Shown here: positions 41,000-52,041 of the stretch, one piece after another
Position numbering within the stretch: the stretch's first letter is position 1
Layout: every line of letters begins with the position of its first letter
From: Candidatus Levyibacteriota bacterium
GTDB lineage: Bacteria; Patescibacteriota; Microgenomatia; Levybacterales; UBA12049
Reading direction: 5' to 3'
NCBI GenBank assembly: GCA_043823085.1
Contig: JBDRBE010000004.1
Coordinates: 133,510 to 197,509 of the forward strand
DNA: 64,000 nt
Notes under the pieces: model-generated
The model's database searches: none
What the model was told of the DNA's origin: nothing
The model's input: the letters and a program-made list of their open reading frames with translations, nothing else
Made by a program: the position numbers and the translations under genes

Positions 41000-42520
41000 T
41001 TAAACAGAAAATATTTTTTTAGAATCTTGAATTGTTTTTTGCATTGCTTTTAGAGTTTCTTCATTTGGTTTAAGGCCAGACATTAATGTCTCAATTAATT
41101 TTTTATTGTGAGTTTGGACGTATCTATGAAATTCCGTTTCGAATTTTCGCACCGAATCTACAGGTATATCATCAAGATATCCATTTGTTACAGCCCAAAT
41201 GCTTAGCATTTCCAAACTTTCAATAAGCGGTTGGTATTGAGCTTGTTTAAGCATCTCTGTCATTCTTTTTCCTTTTTCAAGTTGCGAGAGCGTAGCTTGG
41301 TCCAGTTCGCTTCCAAATTGAGCAAATGACGCAAGCTCCCGATATTGCGCAAGTTCCAGCCTCAGTTTTCCCGATACGGATTTCATAGCGGGTGTTTGCG
41401 CCGCGCCCCCGACTCTTGAAACAGAATTACCCGCATTAATAGCCGGTCGAATTCCAATATTAAATAAATCTGCCTGTAAAAATATCTGTCCGTCTGTAAT
41501 GGAAATAATATTTGTTGGAATATAGGCTGAAAGATCGCCGGCTTGGGTTTCAATAATTGGTAAAGCCGTTATTGATCCTCCGCCATTTTTTTTGTTTAAT
41601 TTTACCGCTCTTTCTAAAAGACGGCTGTGGAGATAGAAAATATCTCCGGGATATGCTTCTCTTCCGGCCGGCCGTCTTAAAACCAACGAAATCTGTCGAT
41701 ACGCCCAGGCATGTTTTGTAAGGTCATCATAGGCGATTAAAACATCTTCCCCTTTTGCCATAAAGTATTCGGCGATTGCACAACCGGCATATGGAGCAAG
41801 ATACTGCAAGGCCGCAGGATCTGAAGCGCTGGCACAGACGACAATAGTGTATCCAAACGCATTCTCCTCTTTTAATTTGTTAATTATTTGAGCGATTGTG
41901 CTTTGTTTAAGGCCTATTGCAACATAAATACAAATGACTCTTTTATCGCCTTTTTTTACATTTTTTTGATTAATGATTGTGTCAATAACAATAGCAGTTT
42001 TTCCCAGTCCTCTGTCTCCGATAATTAATTCTCTTTGCCCTCGTCCGATTGGAATCATTGAGTCAATTGCCTTGATGCCTGTTTTAATGGGTGTGTTTAC
42101 GGGTTCTCTTTCGACAACCCCCGCTGCAATAGTTTCAAGGGGCATATCAGGCCCTTTGGAAATTTTTTGTTTTCCGTCAAGTGGTTTTCCAAGCGGGTTA
42201 ATTACTCTTCCCAAAAGTTCGTCGGATGCTTTCACGCTTAAAACTTTCCCTGTTGTTTTAACAATATTCCCTTCACGGAGATTTTCACCTTTATCTAGTA
42301 AAATCATTGATACACTGTCTTCGTCCAGTCCTAAAACAACACCTGTGCTTCCTTCGTTAAAGCTTACAATTTCTCCTGCGAATGCTTTTGAAAGTCCATT
42401 GGCAATAATAACCCCGTCATTATTTTTTTCAACGGTTCCAATATTTTGCGTTTTTTTGCCTCCTTGGAAGGAAGAAAGTTTCTTTTCCAACTCTGAAATA
42501 ATAGATTGACTATTAATCAT
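41000..42520 (-). CDS. atpA: ATP synthase alpha subunit
   Basis: GRGQRELIIGDRGLGKT, REAYPGDIFYLHSRLLER, SITDGQIFL. Confidence 0.98.
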   Translation of the reverse strand: MINSQSIISELEKKLSSFQGGKKTQNIGTVEKNNDGVIIANGLSKAFAGEIVSFNEGSTGVVLGLDEDSVSMILLDKGENLREGNIVKTTGKVLSVKASDELLGRVINPLGKPLDGKQKISKGPDMPLETIAAGVVEREPVNTPIKTGIKAIDSMIPIGRGQRELIIGDRGLGKTAIVIDTIINQKNVKKGDKRVICIYVAIGLKQSTIAQIINKLKEENAFGYTIVVCASASDPAALQYLAPYAGCAIAEYFMAKGEDVLIAYDDLTKHAWAYRQISLVLRRPAGREAYPGDIFYLHSRLLERAVKLNKKNGGGSITALPIIETQAGDLSAYIPTNIISITDGQIFLQADLFNIGIRPAINAGNSVSRVGGAAQTPAMKSVSGKLRLELAQYRELASFAQFGSELDQATLSQLEKGKRMTEMLKQAQYQPLIESLEMLSIWAVTNGYLDDIPVDSVRKFETEFHRYVQTHNKKLIETLMSGLKPNEETLKAMQKTIQDSKKIFSV

Positions 42521-42869
42521 TCGTTTCTCCTATATATTTCGCTAAATCATCAAGCGTATTTTTTAAATCCATTTCATAGAGTATATCATTGTCCTGGATT
42601 CTCATGCCCAAGATTAAGTTAGGATCAAGATTATAAATAATTTTTTTAGAGCCAAACATATTTTTTAAATTTTTTATATTTTCGCCTTTTAAGGGTCTAG
42701 GCGAAGACACTATTACACTTCTTTGTAGTTCTAAATTTTTCAAAGCTTTTATATAATGTTTTAATTCTTTTCTTGTTAATCTTTCGGCTATCCTTTCTAC
42801 TTTTTTTTGATCGAGATTGTTTTTGGTATAACTTTCCAAGATTAATTTTTTTATGTGTTTTTTTGTCAT
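42513..42869 (-). CDS. atpH: ATP synthase delta subunit (short)
   Basis: Position between atpF and atpA; DPNLILGMRI C-terminal motif. Confidence 0.85.
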   Translation of the reverse strand: MTKKHIKKLILESYTKNNLDQKKVERIAERLTRKELKHYIKALKNLELQRSVIVSSPRPLKGENIKNLKNMFGSKKIIYNLDPNLILGMRIQDNDILYEMDLKNTLDDLAKYIGETND

Positions 42870-42870
42870 T

Positions 42871-43377
42871 TTAATTTGGTTTTTCTTTAAATCGTTTTAT
42901 GGCTTTATTAATAATTTCTTCCTGATCCTTTTCGCTAAAAAAATCCTTCATTGTTTTTTGCAAAAATTGAATAGCAAGATTTGAAACATGGACAGTAAGT
43001 TTTTCCTCGGTAAGTTTCGCTTCTCTTGAGATTTGATTTTTTGCTTCTTCCACAAGCATCTCTGTCTGTTTCTTTGTTCGTTTTTCTGCTTTATTAGAAA
43101 GTTCGAGCGCCTGGTTTTTTGCCTCTTGAAGCATTTGGTTTGCCTGACCTTGAGCTTTTTTTAAAATATTTTTTTCATCTTCAAGAGTTTTTTCCAAAAG
43201 AAGCCTTGCTTTTTCTGAATTTTCCAATCCTGCTTTTATTTTTACTTCTCTTTCTTTTAGCATCCCAAGAATTGGTTTATAAAGAAGCTTTCGTAAAAGG
43301 AACAATATAATCAGAAAATTTATTATTTGAGCTGCCAACAACATCGGATCAAGCCCAAAATTATTTATAATCTCCAT
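42871..43377 (-). CDS. atpF: ATP synthase b subunit
   Basis: QIINFLII...LYKPI...ER plus coiled coil. Confidence 0.95.
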   Translation of the reverse strand: MEIINNFGLDPMLLAAQIINFLIILFLLRKLLYKPILGMLKEREVKIKAGLENSEKARLLLEKTLEDEKNILKKAQGQANQMLQEAKNQALELSNKAEKRTKKQTEMLVEEAKNQISREAKLTEEKLTVHVSNLAIQFLQKTMKDFFSEKDQEEIINKAIKRFKEKPN

Positions 43378-43392
43378 AATTTAAACACAAAT

Positions 43393-44338
<946 letters not shown>

Positions 44339-44384
44339 ATTTGTTTTCTTTTATTTAATATTTTAGAGATAACATCAGATTAAG

Positions 44385-47300
44385 TCAAGAAGAAAAATAG
44401 TTTAAAGGGTAAATTTTTTCGATAATAATAATCGATTTTTCATTTTTGGTATCTATTTTCCCATCAATAACAATAATTGTGTCTTCCCGTAAAAGATTTT
44501 TATACTGGTCAAAAATTTTAGGGAAAACAATGCATTCGAGACTAATTCCCTTTTCGTCGCTTATTACCAAAAAGGCCATTTCTTTATTGGATTTTTTAGT
44601 AAATATTCTTCTAAGCGATTCGATAAGGCCTCCAATTCTAACTTTACTTCCTTCTGTTTCTTCGGGAATTAACTCAAAACTATGGGAAACAGTAGATTTT
44701 AACAAAAGGAGATTTTCCATTTGCGGATGAGAAGTTAAATAAATGCCTAAAAATTCTTTTTCAAAAGCCAGCTTTTCGTTTGCACTGAATTCTTCAACGT
44801 CTGTGGTAAAACGGTCAGAAGAAACGGGATCGTCTGTATCATCAAAAAGCATTCCCTGACCTTGGGCTTTTTGTTTTTTTATTTTATGTAAGTTTTCTAA
44901 AGTTTGAGGAAGACTGATTAAAAGATTGGCTCGTTTTCCAAAATCATCCATGGCTCCTGCTTTAATAAGGCTTTCCATAGTTTTTTTATTTACCTTACTA
45001 AGGTCAACTCTTTGGCAAAAATCATCGAAATTTTTGAATAGTTCATTCTTTCTTGAAGCAAGGATTGTTTCAATTGCCGCTGTCCCTACATTTTTAATGG
45101 CAGATAATCCAAATCTTATTTTAGTTTTATCTTCAATAGAAAATTCGCTTTCTGATTTATTAATGTCAGGGGGTAAAACTAAAATTTTAATTTTTTTGCA
45201 TTCTGCTACGGCCAGAGCAATTTTTTCGTTCTTAACAGGTCCGGATGAACTACGAGACTCAGCAGTTAGAAGAGCTGTCATAAATTCCACTGGAAAGTGG
45301 GATTTCATGTATCCGGTTTGGTAAGCAATTAAAGCGTAAGATGCGCTATGAGATTTGTTGAAACCATAGCCGACAAATTTTTCAATTAATGCAAAAACGT
45401 CTTCGGCTGTTTTCTTTGAATACCCTTTAGCAAGACACCCTTTCATGAATTTTTCTTTTTCTTTTTTCATTAACTCCGGTTTTTTCTTGCCGATAGCTTT
45501 TCTAAAAGTATCCGCTTCAGCCAGAGTGTAACCTGCCATGACATTTGCAATTTGCATACATTGTTCTTGGTAAACAGCTATACCATATGTTTCTTCTAAA
45601 ATTGGCTTTAGATCGGGATGCGGATAATTTATTTTAAAAGAGTTGTTTTTTGATGCAATAAATTCGTCGATCCAGGCCATAGGTCCCGGTCGAAAAAGCG
45701 CGACCATTGCTGAAAGATCGGAAATCTTTGAAGGCTTAAGGTCTTTGGCAAGTCTTCTCATTCCGGCTGATTCAAGCTGGAAAACTCCTGTTGTCTCACC
45801 GCTTTTTATTAAGTCATAGATACTTTTGTCATCAAGAGGAATTTTTTCAAGATCAATATTGATATTCTGATTTTTTTTAACAAAAATAATAGCGTTTTCC
45901 AAAATTGTTAAGTTCCTAAGTCCTAAAAAATCAATTTTTAAAAGTCCGATAGCGTTTGAGGAAACATTTAAATCTAGATCGTACATATCGTATTGCGTAA
46001 TTATTCTTTCGCCTCTTGCTTCTCTTTGAAGTGGAGTATATTCAGTCAATGATTTATCTGCGATAACAACACCTGCGGCATGAGTTGAGGCATGTCTTGT
46101 AACACCCTCCAGTTTTCTTGCTAAATCTAAAAGTTTTTTTGTTTCTTGTTCGCTATGATAGGCAACTGATAATTCTGTACTTTGTTCTAGAGCTTTTTCG
46201 ATAGTCATTGTAAATCCTTGAGCCCCAAGCGGAATCATTTTCGAAATTCTATCAGGTCCGGTATAGGGCATTCCCAAAGCTCTTCCCGTGTCTCTAATAG
46301 AACCTCTTGCCTCCATTGTTCCAAAAGTTATAATTTGAGCTACTTTATCGCTTCCGTATTTACCAGTGACATATTTAATCACCTCGTCTCTTCGGTCATC
46401 TGCAAAATCTAAATCAAAGTCAGGGGGAGTTGGCCTTTCCGGATTTAAAAATCTTTCAAACGGAAGTTTATACAAAAGGGGATCAAGCTGTGTGATTTTT
46501 AGAATGTAAGAGATAATGCTTCCAGCAACCGACCCTCTCCCCGGTCCTGCACCGATTCCTTTAACTCTTGCCCATTGTTTTAGATCGTGGACGATTAAAA
46601 AATAAGTTGAATACCCTTTTTGTATAATGATTGATAATTCATACTCAATTCTTTTTTTTACTTCATCGTTTGGTTTTGGGTATCTTTCTTTTAAATTTTT
46701 ATCGACAAGTTCGCGAAGGTAAATTTCCGTCGTTTGGCCTTTGGGAACTTTAAATTGGGGAATTATCCATTTCCCTGTCTCGATTTCAAGATTGCACATG
46801 TCGGCAATTTTGACCGTATTTTCAATAGCTTGCGGATATTGAATAAACTGTCCTGCCATTTCTTCTGGACTTTTTAGGTAAAAATCCGGAGATTCGATCA
46901 TCGATAAGGGTCTATCTTTATCCAAGAGAGTTTTTTGAGTCTGGATGCAAAGTAAAATTTCTTGAGCTTGCGCATCCTCTTTTGTCGGATAATGCGTGTC
47001 GTTTGTGGCGACAATTGGCAAGCCCATTCTTTTTGAAAGTTCTATAAGATGTCCGTTTAATGTTTCTTGCACATCGATTTTTGGATGTATTTGCAGTTCT
47101 AAAAAGAAATTTCCTTGCCCATAAATATCTACTAGCGCTTTTGTTTTATCCTCGGCTTCTTTTTGTTTTCCCAAAAGCAACGGTTCGGCGATAAACCCGT
47201 TGACGCAGGCGGATAAGCAAATTAATCCTTTACTGTATTTTGAAAGCGTTTGTAAATCAAGCCTAGGTTTATAATAAAAGCCTTCCAAATTGGAAATTGT

Positions 47301-47618
47301 TACAAGCTTAAGAAGATTTTTATAGCCGACATTGTCTTTTGCAAGTAAAACCAGGTGATTTCTATCAGCATCAATATTTGCTTCTTTATCATGTAAATTG
47401 CGTCTTGCAATGTAAACTTCGCAGCCGATAATTGGTTTTATGCCTGCCTCTTGGCAAGAGTGATAAAATTTTAACGCTCCGTACAAAGCTCCATGGTCGG
47501 TAATCGCCAACGCTTTCATCCCTAATTCTTTTGCACGGCGTACCATGTTGGGGATTTTTGAAAGCCCATCCAAAAGTGAAAATTCAGTATGGTTGTGAAG
47601 ATGAACGAAGTCTGCCAT
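44385..47618 (-). CDS. dnaE: DNA polymerase III alpha subunit
   Basis: HLHNHTEFSLLDG PHP domain, GPGRGS, FERFLNPER, PDFDLDF, YGFNKSH. Confidence 0.98.
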   Translation of the reverse strand: MADFVHLHNHTEFSLLDGLSKIPNMVRRAKELGMKALAITDHGALYGALKFYHSCQEAGIKPIIGCEVYIARRNLHDKEANIDADRNHLVLLAKDNVGYKNLLKLVTISNLEGFYYKPRLDLQTLSKYSKGLICLSACVNGFIAEPLLLGKQKEAEDKTKALVDIYGQGNFFLELQIHPKIDVQETLNGHLIELSKRMGLPIVATNDTHYPTKEDAQAQEILLCIQTQKTLLDKDRPLSMIESPDFYLKSPEEMAGQFIQYPQAIENTVKIADMCNLEIETGKWIIPQFKVPKGQTTEIYLRELVDKNLKERYPKPNDEVKKRIEYELSIIIQKGYSTYFLIVHDLKQWARVKGIGAGPGRGSVAGSIISYILKITQLDPLLYKLPFERFLNPERPTPPDFDLDFADDRRDEVIKYVTGKYGSDKVAQIITFGTMEARGSIRDTGRALGMPYTGPDRISKMIPLGAQGFTMTIEKALEQSTELSVAYHSEQETKKLLDLARKLEGVTRHASTHAAGVVIADKSLTEYTPLQREARGERIITQYDMYDLDLNVSSNAIGLLKIDFLGLRNLTILENAIIFVKKNQNINIDLEKIPLDDKSIYDLIKSGETTGVFQLESAGMRRLAKDLKPSKISDLSAMVALFRPGPMAWIDEFIASKNNSFKINYPHPDLKPILEETYGIAVYQEQCMQIANVMAGYTLAEADTFRKAIGKKKPELMKKEKEKFMKGCLAKGYSKKTAEDVFALIEKFVGYGFNKSHSASYALIAYQTGYMKSHFPVEFMTALLTAESRSSSGPVKNEKIALAVAECKKIKILVLPPDINKSESEFSIEDKTKIRFGLSAIKNVGTAAIETILASRKNELFKNFDDFCQRVDLSKVNKKTMESLIKAGAMDDFGKRANLLISLPQTLENLHKIKKQKAQGQGMLFDDTDDPVSSDRFTTDVEEFSANEKLAFEKEFLGIYLTSHPQMENLLLLKSTVSHSFELIPEETEGSKVRIGGLIESLRRIFTKKSNKEMAFLVISDEKGISLECIVFPKIFDQYKNLLREDTIIVIDGKIDTKNEKSIIIIEKIYPLNYFSS

Positions 47619-47622
47619 AAAA

Positions 47623-48396
47623 CTATTTCATTATGTTTTCAAATATTATCTTTTCTCCAACCCTTTTTGCTTGTACAAAATGATTTCTGGTGTGTTTTGC
47701 TTTGTATAATGCTTGATCGGCAAGTTTAATTACGTCTTCAAGTTTGTCGCCTGGGTGGTAGTCTGCAACTCCCCCGCTGATTCTAACTACTTTAAGTTTA
47801 TTTTTTGGATCAGCGTCGGGACTGTAAGAACGGTTTTCTAGAATGTTTCTCGTAACCATTGATATTTTAGAAGCATGAGCTGAAACAACGTGGAATAAGC
47901 CTTGGAGGTAAGATTCTTTGTCGTCCATATTTATTATTTGAAGAAATTCATCTCCTCCCCACCGCGCAATCGGTTCAGATGTTCTATGATCTAGTAGTTT
48001 AGCGCTTCTTAATATGTCGTCTCCAACTGGGTGTCCATATCCGTCGTTTACGAATTTAAATTTATCGTAATCCATTATTAAGATTTTAAATGCAAGTCCA
48101 ATCCTGTCAGCTTGCGATGTTCTCATTTTTAGTTGCTCTTCCATCCATCTTCTATTAGGCAGGCCTGTTACGCTATCGACAACTGAAAGTTTTTTTGTTG
48201 ATTTTTCTCTTTCTCTCAATCTCTCAATTCTCATATCTTTTGCGGTTTGACTTCTAGCAATTCTATTTACTGCAACAGGATCACTATTCGGAAGAATTTT
48301 ATTTAGTTCTTTAGTAATTCCTTGAACCCTAGCTTGATTTTGGGGTATTTTACTTTCTTTTTGTTCTGGTTGTTCTGGACTTTGTATGTCTGACAT
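47623..48396 (-). CDS. GGDEF-domain diguanylate cyclase
   Basis: DSVTGLPNRR, DYDKFKFVNDGYGHPVGD, ARWGGDEF, ADQALYKAK. Confidence 0.92.
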   Translation of the reverse strand: MSDIQSPEQPEQKESKIPQNQARVQGITKELNKILPNSDPVAVNRIARSQTAKDMRIERLREREKSTKKLSVVDSVTGLPNRRWMEEQLKMRTSQADRIGLAFKILIMDYDKFKFVNDGYGHPVGDDILRSAKLLDHRTSEPIARWGGDEFLQIINMDDKESYLQGLFHVVSAHASKISMVTRNILENRSYSPDADPKNKLKVVRISGGVADYHPGDKLEDVIKLADQALYKAKHTRNHFVQAKRVGEKIIFENIMK

Positions 48397-48398
48397 AG

Positions 48399-49766
48399 TT
48401 AATTTAACTTTTTGATTATAGTGTTTCTGATTGTTTCCGTGTTGACTTTTTTGTCTTTTAATTTGCGGTTAACAGAGCCTATAAGAAAGCCCAAGACTTG
48501 AGTTTTTCCATTTTTGTAATCATTTATCGCTTTTTTGTTCTCCAATAAAACTTCTTTTACGATTTTTTCTAATTCGTCGTCGGATATTGTAGTTGTTTGC
48601 GTTGATTTTAATATTTGTTGAATAAGCTCTGCCGGTAAAACTTGTTTAATGTTGATTCTTTTATTTATAATCCAGTTGGCAATTGTTTTTGCGTCTGTCT
48701 GATTCACTTTTACGCATTCTTCAAAATATTCTGCAGTATTTTTTTCTCTGGTTAAAATTTCCGCATCATAATTAATCAAAGAGTACTCTTTTTTAAACCG
48801 CTCGAATTTTTGATCGGGAAGTTCAACCATTTGATTCGCCAGCTGGCGGATTTGATTTTCCGTCCAACGGAATGGAGGAATGTCGGGCTCGGGGAAATAT
48901 CTGTAATCATGCGCTTGTTCTTTGCTTCGCTGGGTTACTGTTGTCTGCTTTTTTTCATCCCAGCCTCTTGTTTCTTGCTCCGGAATTTTTCCAGATTCAA
49001 GAATTTTTTCCTGTCTTTGAATTTCATAATTAATCGCTTTCTCAACGAACTTAAATGAATTGATATTTTTAACCTCAACTTTATAGGGAGGTAATTTATT
49101 GTTTAGATTTGAATTTTGATTTGTAGTTTTGATTTTTGAGGTTTGATTTTTGAGGTTTAATGATATGTTGGGTTCCAGTCTCATTTCTCCTTTCTCCATA
49201 TTCGCATTCGAAACGCCTAGATAGCGGACAATTTGCTGAAGTTTTTGCAAAAATTCTTTAACATCAGTTGAATTCTCAAAATCCGGTTCCGTCACAATTT
49301 CAACTAGGGGAACGGCGGATCTATTAAAGTCGACAAGAGAAAATCCTTCGTCACTATGAATCAATTTAGCTGTATCTTCTTCCATGTGAACACGCCTGAT
49401 CCTTATATTTTTGATTTTTAATTTTTGATTTTTGATTTTGAGCAATCCGTTGATTGCGAACGGTTTATCATATTGGCTTATTTGGTATCCTTTTGCCAAA
49501 TCGGGATAAAAGTAATTTTTTCTGTCAAATTTTGAAGTTAATGGAATTTTACAGTTTAATGCCAGTCCAATCATAATGCACCAATCAATTGCGGTTTTAT
49601 TTGGTACGGGAAGTGCCCCAGGAAGTCCAAGACAAACAGGACAGGTATGAGTGTTTGGATCTTTGCCAAAATACTCGGCAGAACATGAACAAAACATCTT
49701 CGATTTTGTCTTTAGCTCCACATGAACTTCTAGTCCTATAATAGGTTGATATTTTACGTCTTTCAT
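48399..49766 (-). CDS. gatB: Asp/Glu-tRNA amidotransferase subunit B
   Basis: IGLEVHVEL, FDRKNYFYPDL, HMEED, EVKNINS, DYRYFPEPD. Confidence 0.98.
   Translation of the reverse strand: MKDVKYQPIIGLEVHVELKTKSKMFCSCSAEYFGKDPNTHTCPVCLGLPGALPVPNKTAIDWCIMIGLALNCKIPLTSKFDRKNYFYPDLAKGYQISQYDKPFAINGLLKIKNQKLKIKNIRIRRVHMEEDTAKLIHSDEGFSLVDFNRSAVPLVEIVTEPDFENSTDVKEFLQKLQQIVRYLGVSNANMEKGEMRLEPNISLNLKNQTSKIKTTNQNSNLNNKLPPYKVEVKNINSFKFVEKAINYEIQRQEKILESGKIPEQETRGWDEKKQTTVTQRSKEQAHDYRYFPEPDIPPFRWTENQIRQLANQMVELPDQKFERFKKEYSLINYDAEILTREKNTAEYFEECVKVNQTDAKTIANWIINKRINIKQVLPAELIQQILKSTQTTTISDDELEKIVKEVLLENKKAINDYKNGKTQVLGFLIGSVNRKLKDKKVNTETIRNTIIKKLN
49100..49160 (-). repeat. In-frame heptamer-derived insert in gatB
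   Basis: Plus strand TTTTGA TTTTTGA GGTTTGA TTTTTGA GGTTTAA; encodes LNLKNQTSKIKTTNQNSNLN. Confidence 0.75.
49407..49441 (-). repeat. In-frame (ATTTTTG)x5-type tract in gatB
   Basis: Plus strand ATTTTTG ATTTTTA ATTTTTG ATTTTTG ATTTTGA; encodes KIKNQKLKIKN. Confidence 0.85.
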
Positions 49767-49814
49767 ATATTTTCAACCATAAACACTTTAATGATATATA
49801 TTATTAAAGTAAAC

Positions 49815-51242
49815 TTATAATAAGTTAGGTTTCTTTTTATAATGTTGCGACTCTTGTTCATATTTATTCCCGATGTTGAATAATAATTCTTCTGAAAATT
49901 GCGGTCCGATGATTTGCATGCCAATCGGCAGTCCATTTTTTGAAAAACCGCAGGGTAGCGCAAGGGAGGGGAGTCCTGCCAGATTAATTAAAACTGTATA
50001 AACATCAATTAAATACATTTGTAAAGGATCATTGACCTTCTCCCCTATTTTAAACGGCGGGGTAGGCGAGACCGGAGCAATTATAACATCGCATTGCGTA
50101 AATGCTTTTTCAAAATCGTTTTTAATTAAAGTTCTAACTTGCATTGCTTTTCTGTAATAAGCTTCGTAATATCCGGCCGATAATGCATATGTTCCAAGCA
50201 TGATTCTTCTTTTTGCTTCACTGCCAAAATTTTCTCTTTCCGATCCAAATCTTATATTATCGTATCTTGCCAAATTAGAACTGGTTTCAGAAGGCGCAAT
50301 AATATAATAGGTGGCAATGCCGTATTCGGTTCGCGGGATTGAAACATCAATAATATGTGCGCCTTTTTCCTCCAAAGTTTTTAACGCTTTGTTGATAGTT
50401 CCTTTAACTTCGCTGTCCAAACCTTCCTGATAGAATTCTTTTGGAATCCCGATCTTTAGTCCTTTTATTCCTTTATTTACTGATTTAATATAATCGGGAA
50501 CTTTGTTGGGCGAACTGGTAGCATCTAAAGAATCGATTCCAGCCATGATATTCAATAAATAAGCATTATCGTGAACGCATTTTCCCATCGGACCAACGCT
50601 ATCAAGTGAAGAAGCGTAGGCAATAGCACCGTAGCGTGAAACTCTGCCGTAAGTTACTTTTAATCCGGTAGTTGAACAGAATGAGGAAGGAAGGCGGATT
50701 GAGCCTCCTGTGTCCTCGCCTACTTCAAAAATAGTCATGTCGCTTGCTAGAGCTGCGGCAGCGCCGCCGCTTGAGCCACCTGCAACATATTCACTGTTCC
50801 ATGGGTTTTTCGTCGTGCCGTAGTCGGAATTTTCGGTTGAACTGCCATGTCCAAAAGCGTCGCAGTTGGTTTTTCCAATTAAAATCGCGCCTGCATCTTT
50901 TAATTTTTTGTAAACAGTTGCGTTATAGGGTGGAATATAATTTTCTAAAATTTTTGATCCGGCAGTTGTTTTAATTCCTTTGGTGGAATAAATATCTTTC
51001 ATAGAGAAAGGGATGCCTAATAACGGCTTATGGCTAATAGCAGACGGTGTATGGTTTATTTCTTCATCGGCTCGTTTAGCATTTCCCACCGCTTCTTTTT
51101 CGCAAACCGTGATATAGGCGTTTAATTTTCCATTTAATCTCTTGATTTGTTCAAAACAGGCGGACACCAGTTCTAAAGATGAGAATTTTTTAGTTTCCAG
51201 TCCTTCCTTCGCTTCTTTTATGGTTAGGTGGTTTAGTGTCAT
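49815..51242 (-). CDS. gatA: Asp/Glu-tRNA amidotransferase subunit A
   Basis: Amidase signature GGSSGG, DTGGSIRLP, SSNLARYD, KRRIMLGTY. Confidence 0.97.
   Translation of the reverse strand: MTLNHLTIKEAKEGLETKKFSSLELVSACFEQIKRLNGKLNAYITVCEKEAVGNAKRADEEINHTPSAISHKPLLGIPFSMKDIYSTKGIKTTAGSKILENYIPPYNATVYKKLKDAGAILIGKTNCDAFGHGSSTENSDYGTTKNPWNSEYVAGGSSGGAAAALASDMTIFEVGEDTGGSIRLPSSFCSTTGLKVTYGRVSRYGAIAYASSLDSVGPMGKCVHDNAYLLNIMAGIDSLDATSSPNKVPDYIKSVNKGIKGLKIGIPKEFYQEGLDSEVKGTINKALKTLEEKGAHIIDVSIPRTEYGIATYYIIAPSETSSNLARYDNIRFGSERENFGSEAKRRIMLGTYALSAGYYEAYYRKAMQVRTLIKNDFEKAFTQCDVIIAPVSPTPPFKIGEKVNDPLQMYLIDVYTVLINLAGLPSLALPCGFSKNGLPIGMQIIGPQFSEELLFNIGNKYEQESQHYKKKPNLL
51023..51057 (-). repeat. In-frame degenerate ATGGCTA-type heptamer tract in gatA
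   Basis: Plus strand ACGGCTT ATGGCTA ATAGCAG ACGGTGT ATGGTTT; encodes NHTPSAISHKP. Confidence 0.7.
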
Positions 51243-51244
51243 AT

Positions 51245-51345
51245 AATTTTCAATTTTTAATTTTTAATCAATTTTCAATGACAAAATTTTTGAACATTAA
51301 AACATTTTGATTTCACTTTAAATTTCAAATTTTAAATTTAAAATT
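51245..51345. repeat. Intergenic composite element: heptamer array, spacer, inverted heptamer array
   Basis: TTTTCAA TTTTTAA TTTTTAA ... TTTCAAA TTTTAAA TTTAAAA between gatC and gatA. Confidence 0.7.
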
Positions 51346-51625
51346 ACGAATCTAGTATCGCTTTCACCTTGAACATTCCATTATGCGTATCTTTCCCGTT
51401 TGCCAGCGCTTCTTCTTGGGATAATGAAGGCTTTGCTTCGTCAGTTATCGTCACATTTTCCAGTCCTGTAACCTGGCTTGTCGGTTCTACATTCTTCGTT
51501 TCTACCTCTCCAAGTTTTTTAATATAATTGAGGATAGAAGAAAGCTGGGATTCAAATGTTTTTATTTCCTCGTTTTTTAACTCCAAATTCGCAAGTTTCG
51601 CAACGTGTTTAATATTCATTTTCAC
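51344..51625 (-). CDS. gatC: Asp/Glu-tRNA amidotransferase subunit C
   Basis: IKHVAKLANLEL, VEPTSQV, ALANG...FKVKAIL; directly upstream of gatA. Confidence 0.94.
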   Translation of the reverse strand: MKMNIKHVAKLANLELKNEEIKTFESQLSSILNYIKKLGEVETKNVEPTSQVTGLENVTITDEAKPSLSQEEALANGKDTHNGMFKVKAILDS

Positions 51626-51746
51626 ATATTAATTATAGGTTCTTGCAAAATAATTCGCAACATGAAAAATAAATATGTATGGTGCAATATCACTTGAGTT
51701 TGTTTTAACAGTTGACAGCGATGTATTTGGGTGAAAGAATTAAAAC

Positions 51747-52028
51747 ATGAAAACAAAATATCAAAATGGGGGGTTGGAAGAAAAAATAGCAAGTGTATTC
51801 AGCGATTTTTTTCATGAAACCCTCGCTCCATACTTGGAAGAAAAATTTAGCGCAATTGATAAAAGATTTGATGAAAACGATATGGATCATGAGAAAATTT
51901 TTCGGGCGGTAGAGAGAAACAAAGATGAACACGACAAAATTTTTCAGGACTTAGAAAAAGCTGAAAAATTACTTAATGTTCATGGAAAGAAAATTAAACA
52001 TTTAAAATCCGCAGTTTCCGCTTTATAA
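51747..52028 (+). CDS. Small hypothetical coiled-coil protein
   Basis: 93-aa ATG ORF with helical heptad character (IDKRFDENDMDHEKIF...NKDEHDKIF). Confidence 0.65.
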   Translation: MKTKYQNGGLEEKIASVFSDFFHETLAPYLEEKFSAIDKRFDENDMDHEKIFRAVERNKDEHDKIFQDLEKAEKLLNVHGKKIKHLKSAVSAL

Positions 52029-52041
52029 TTAGTTTTTCAGT

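Noticed and set aside
41973-42509. 178-aa ORF antisense to atpA, and the many other short antisense ORFs in the track
   Set aside because: Shadow frames of well-conserved genes with no independent motifs.
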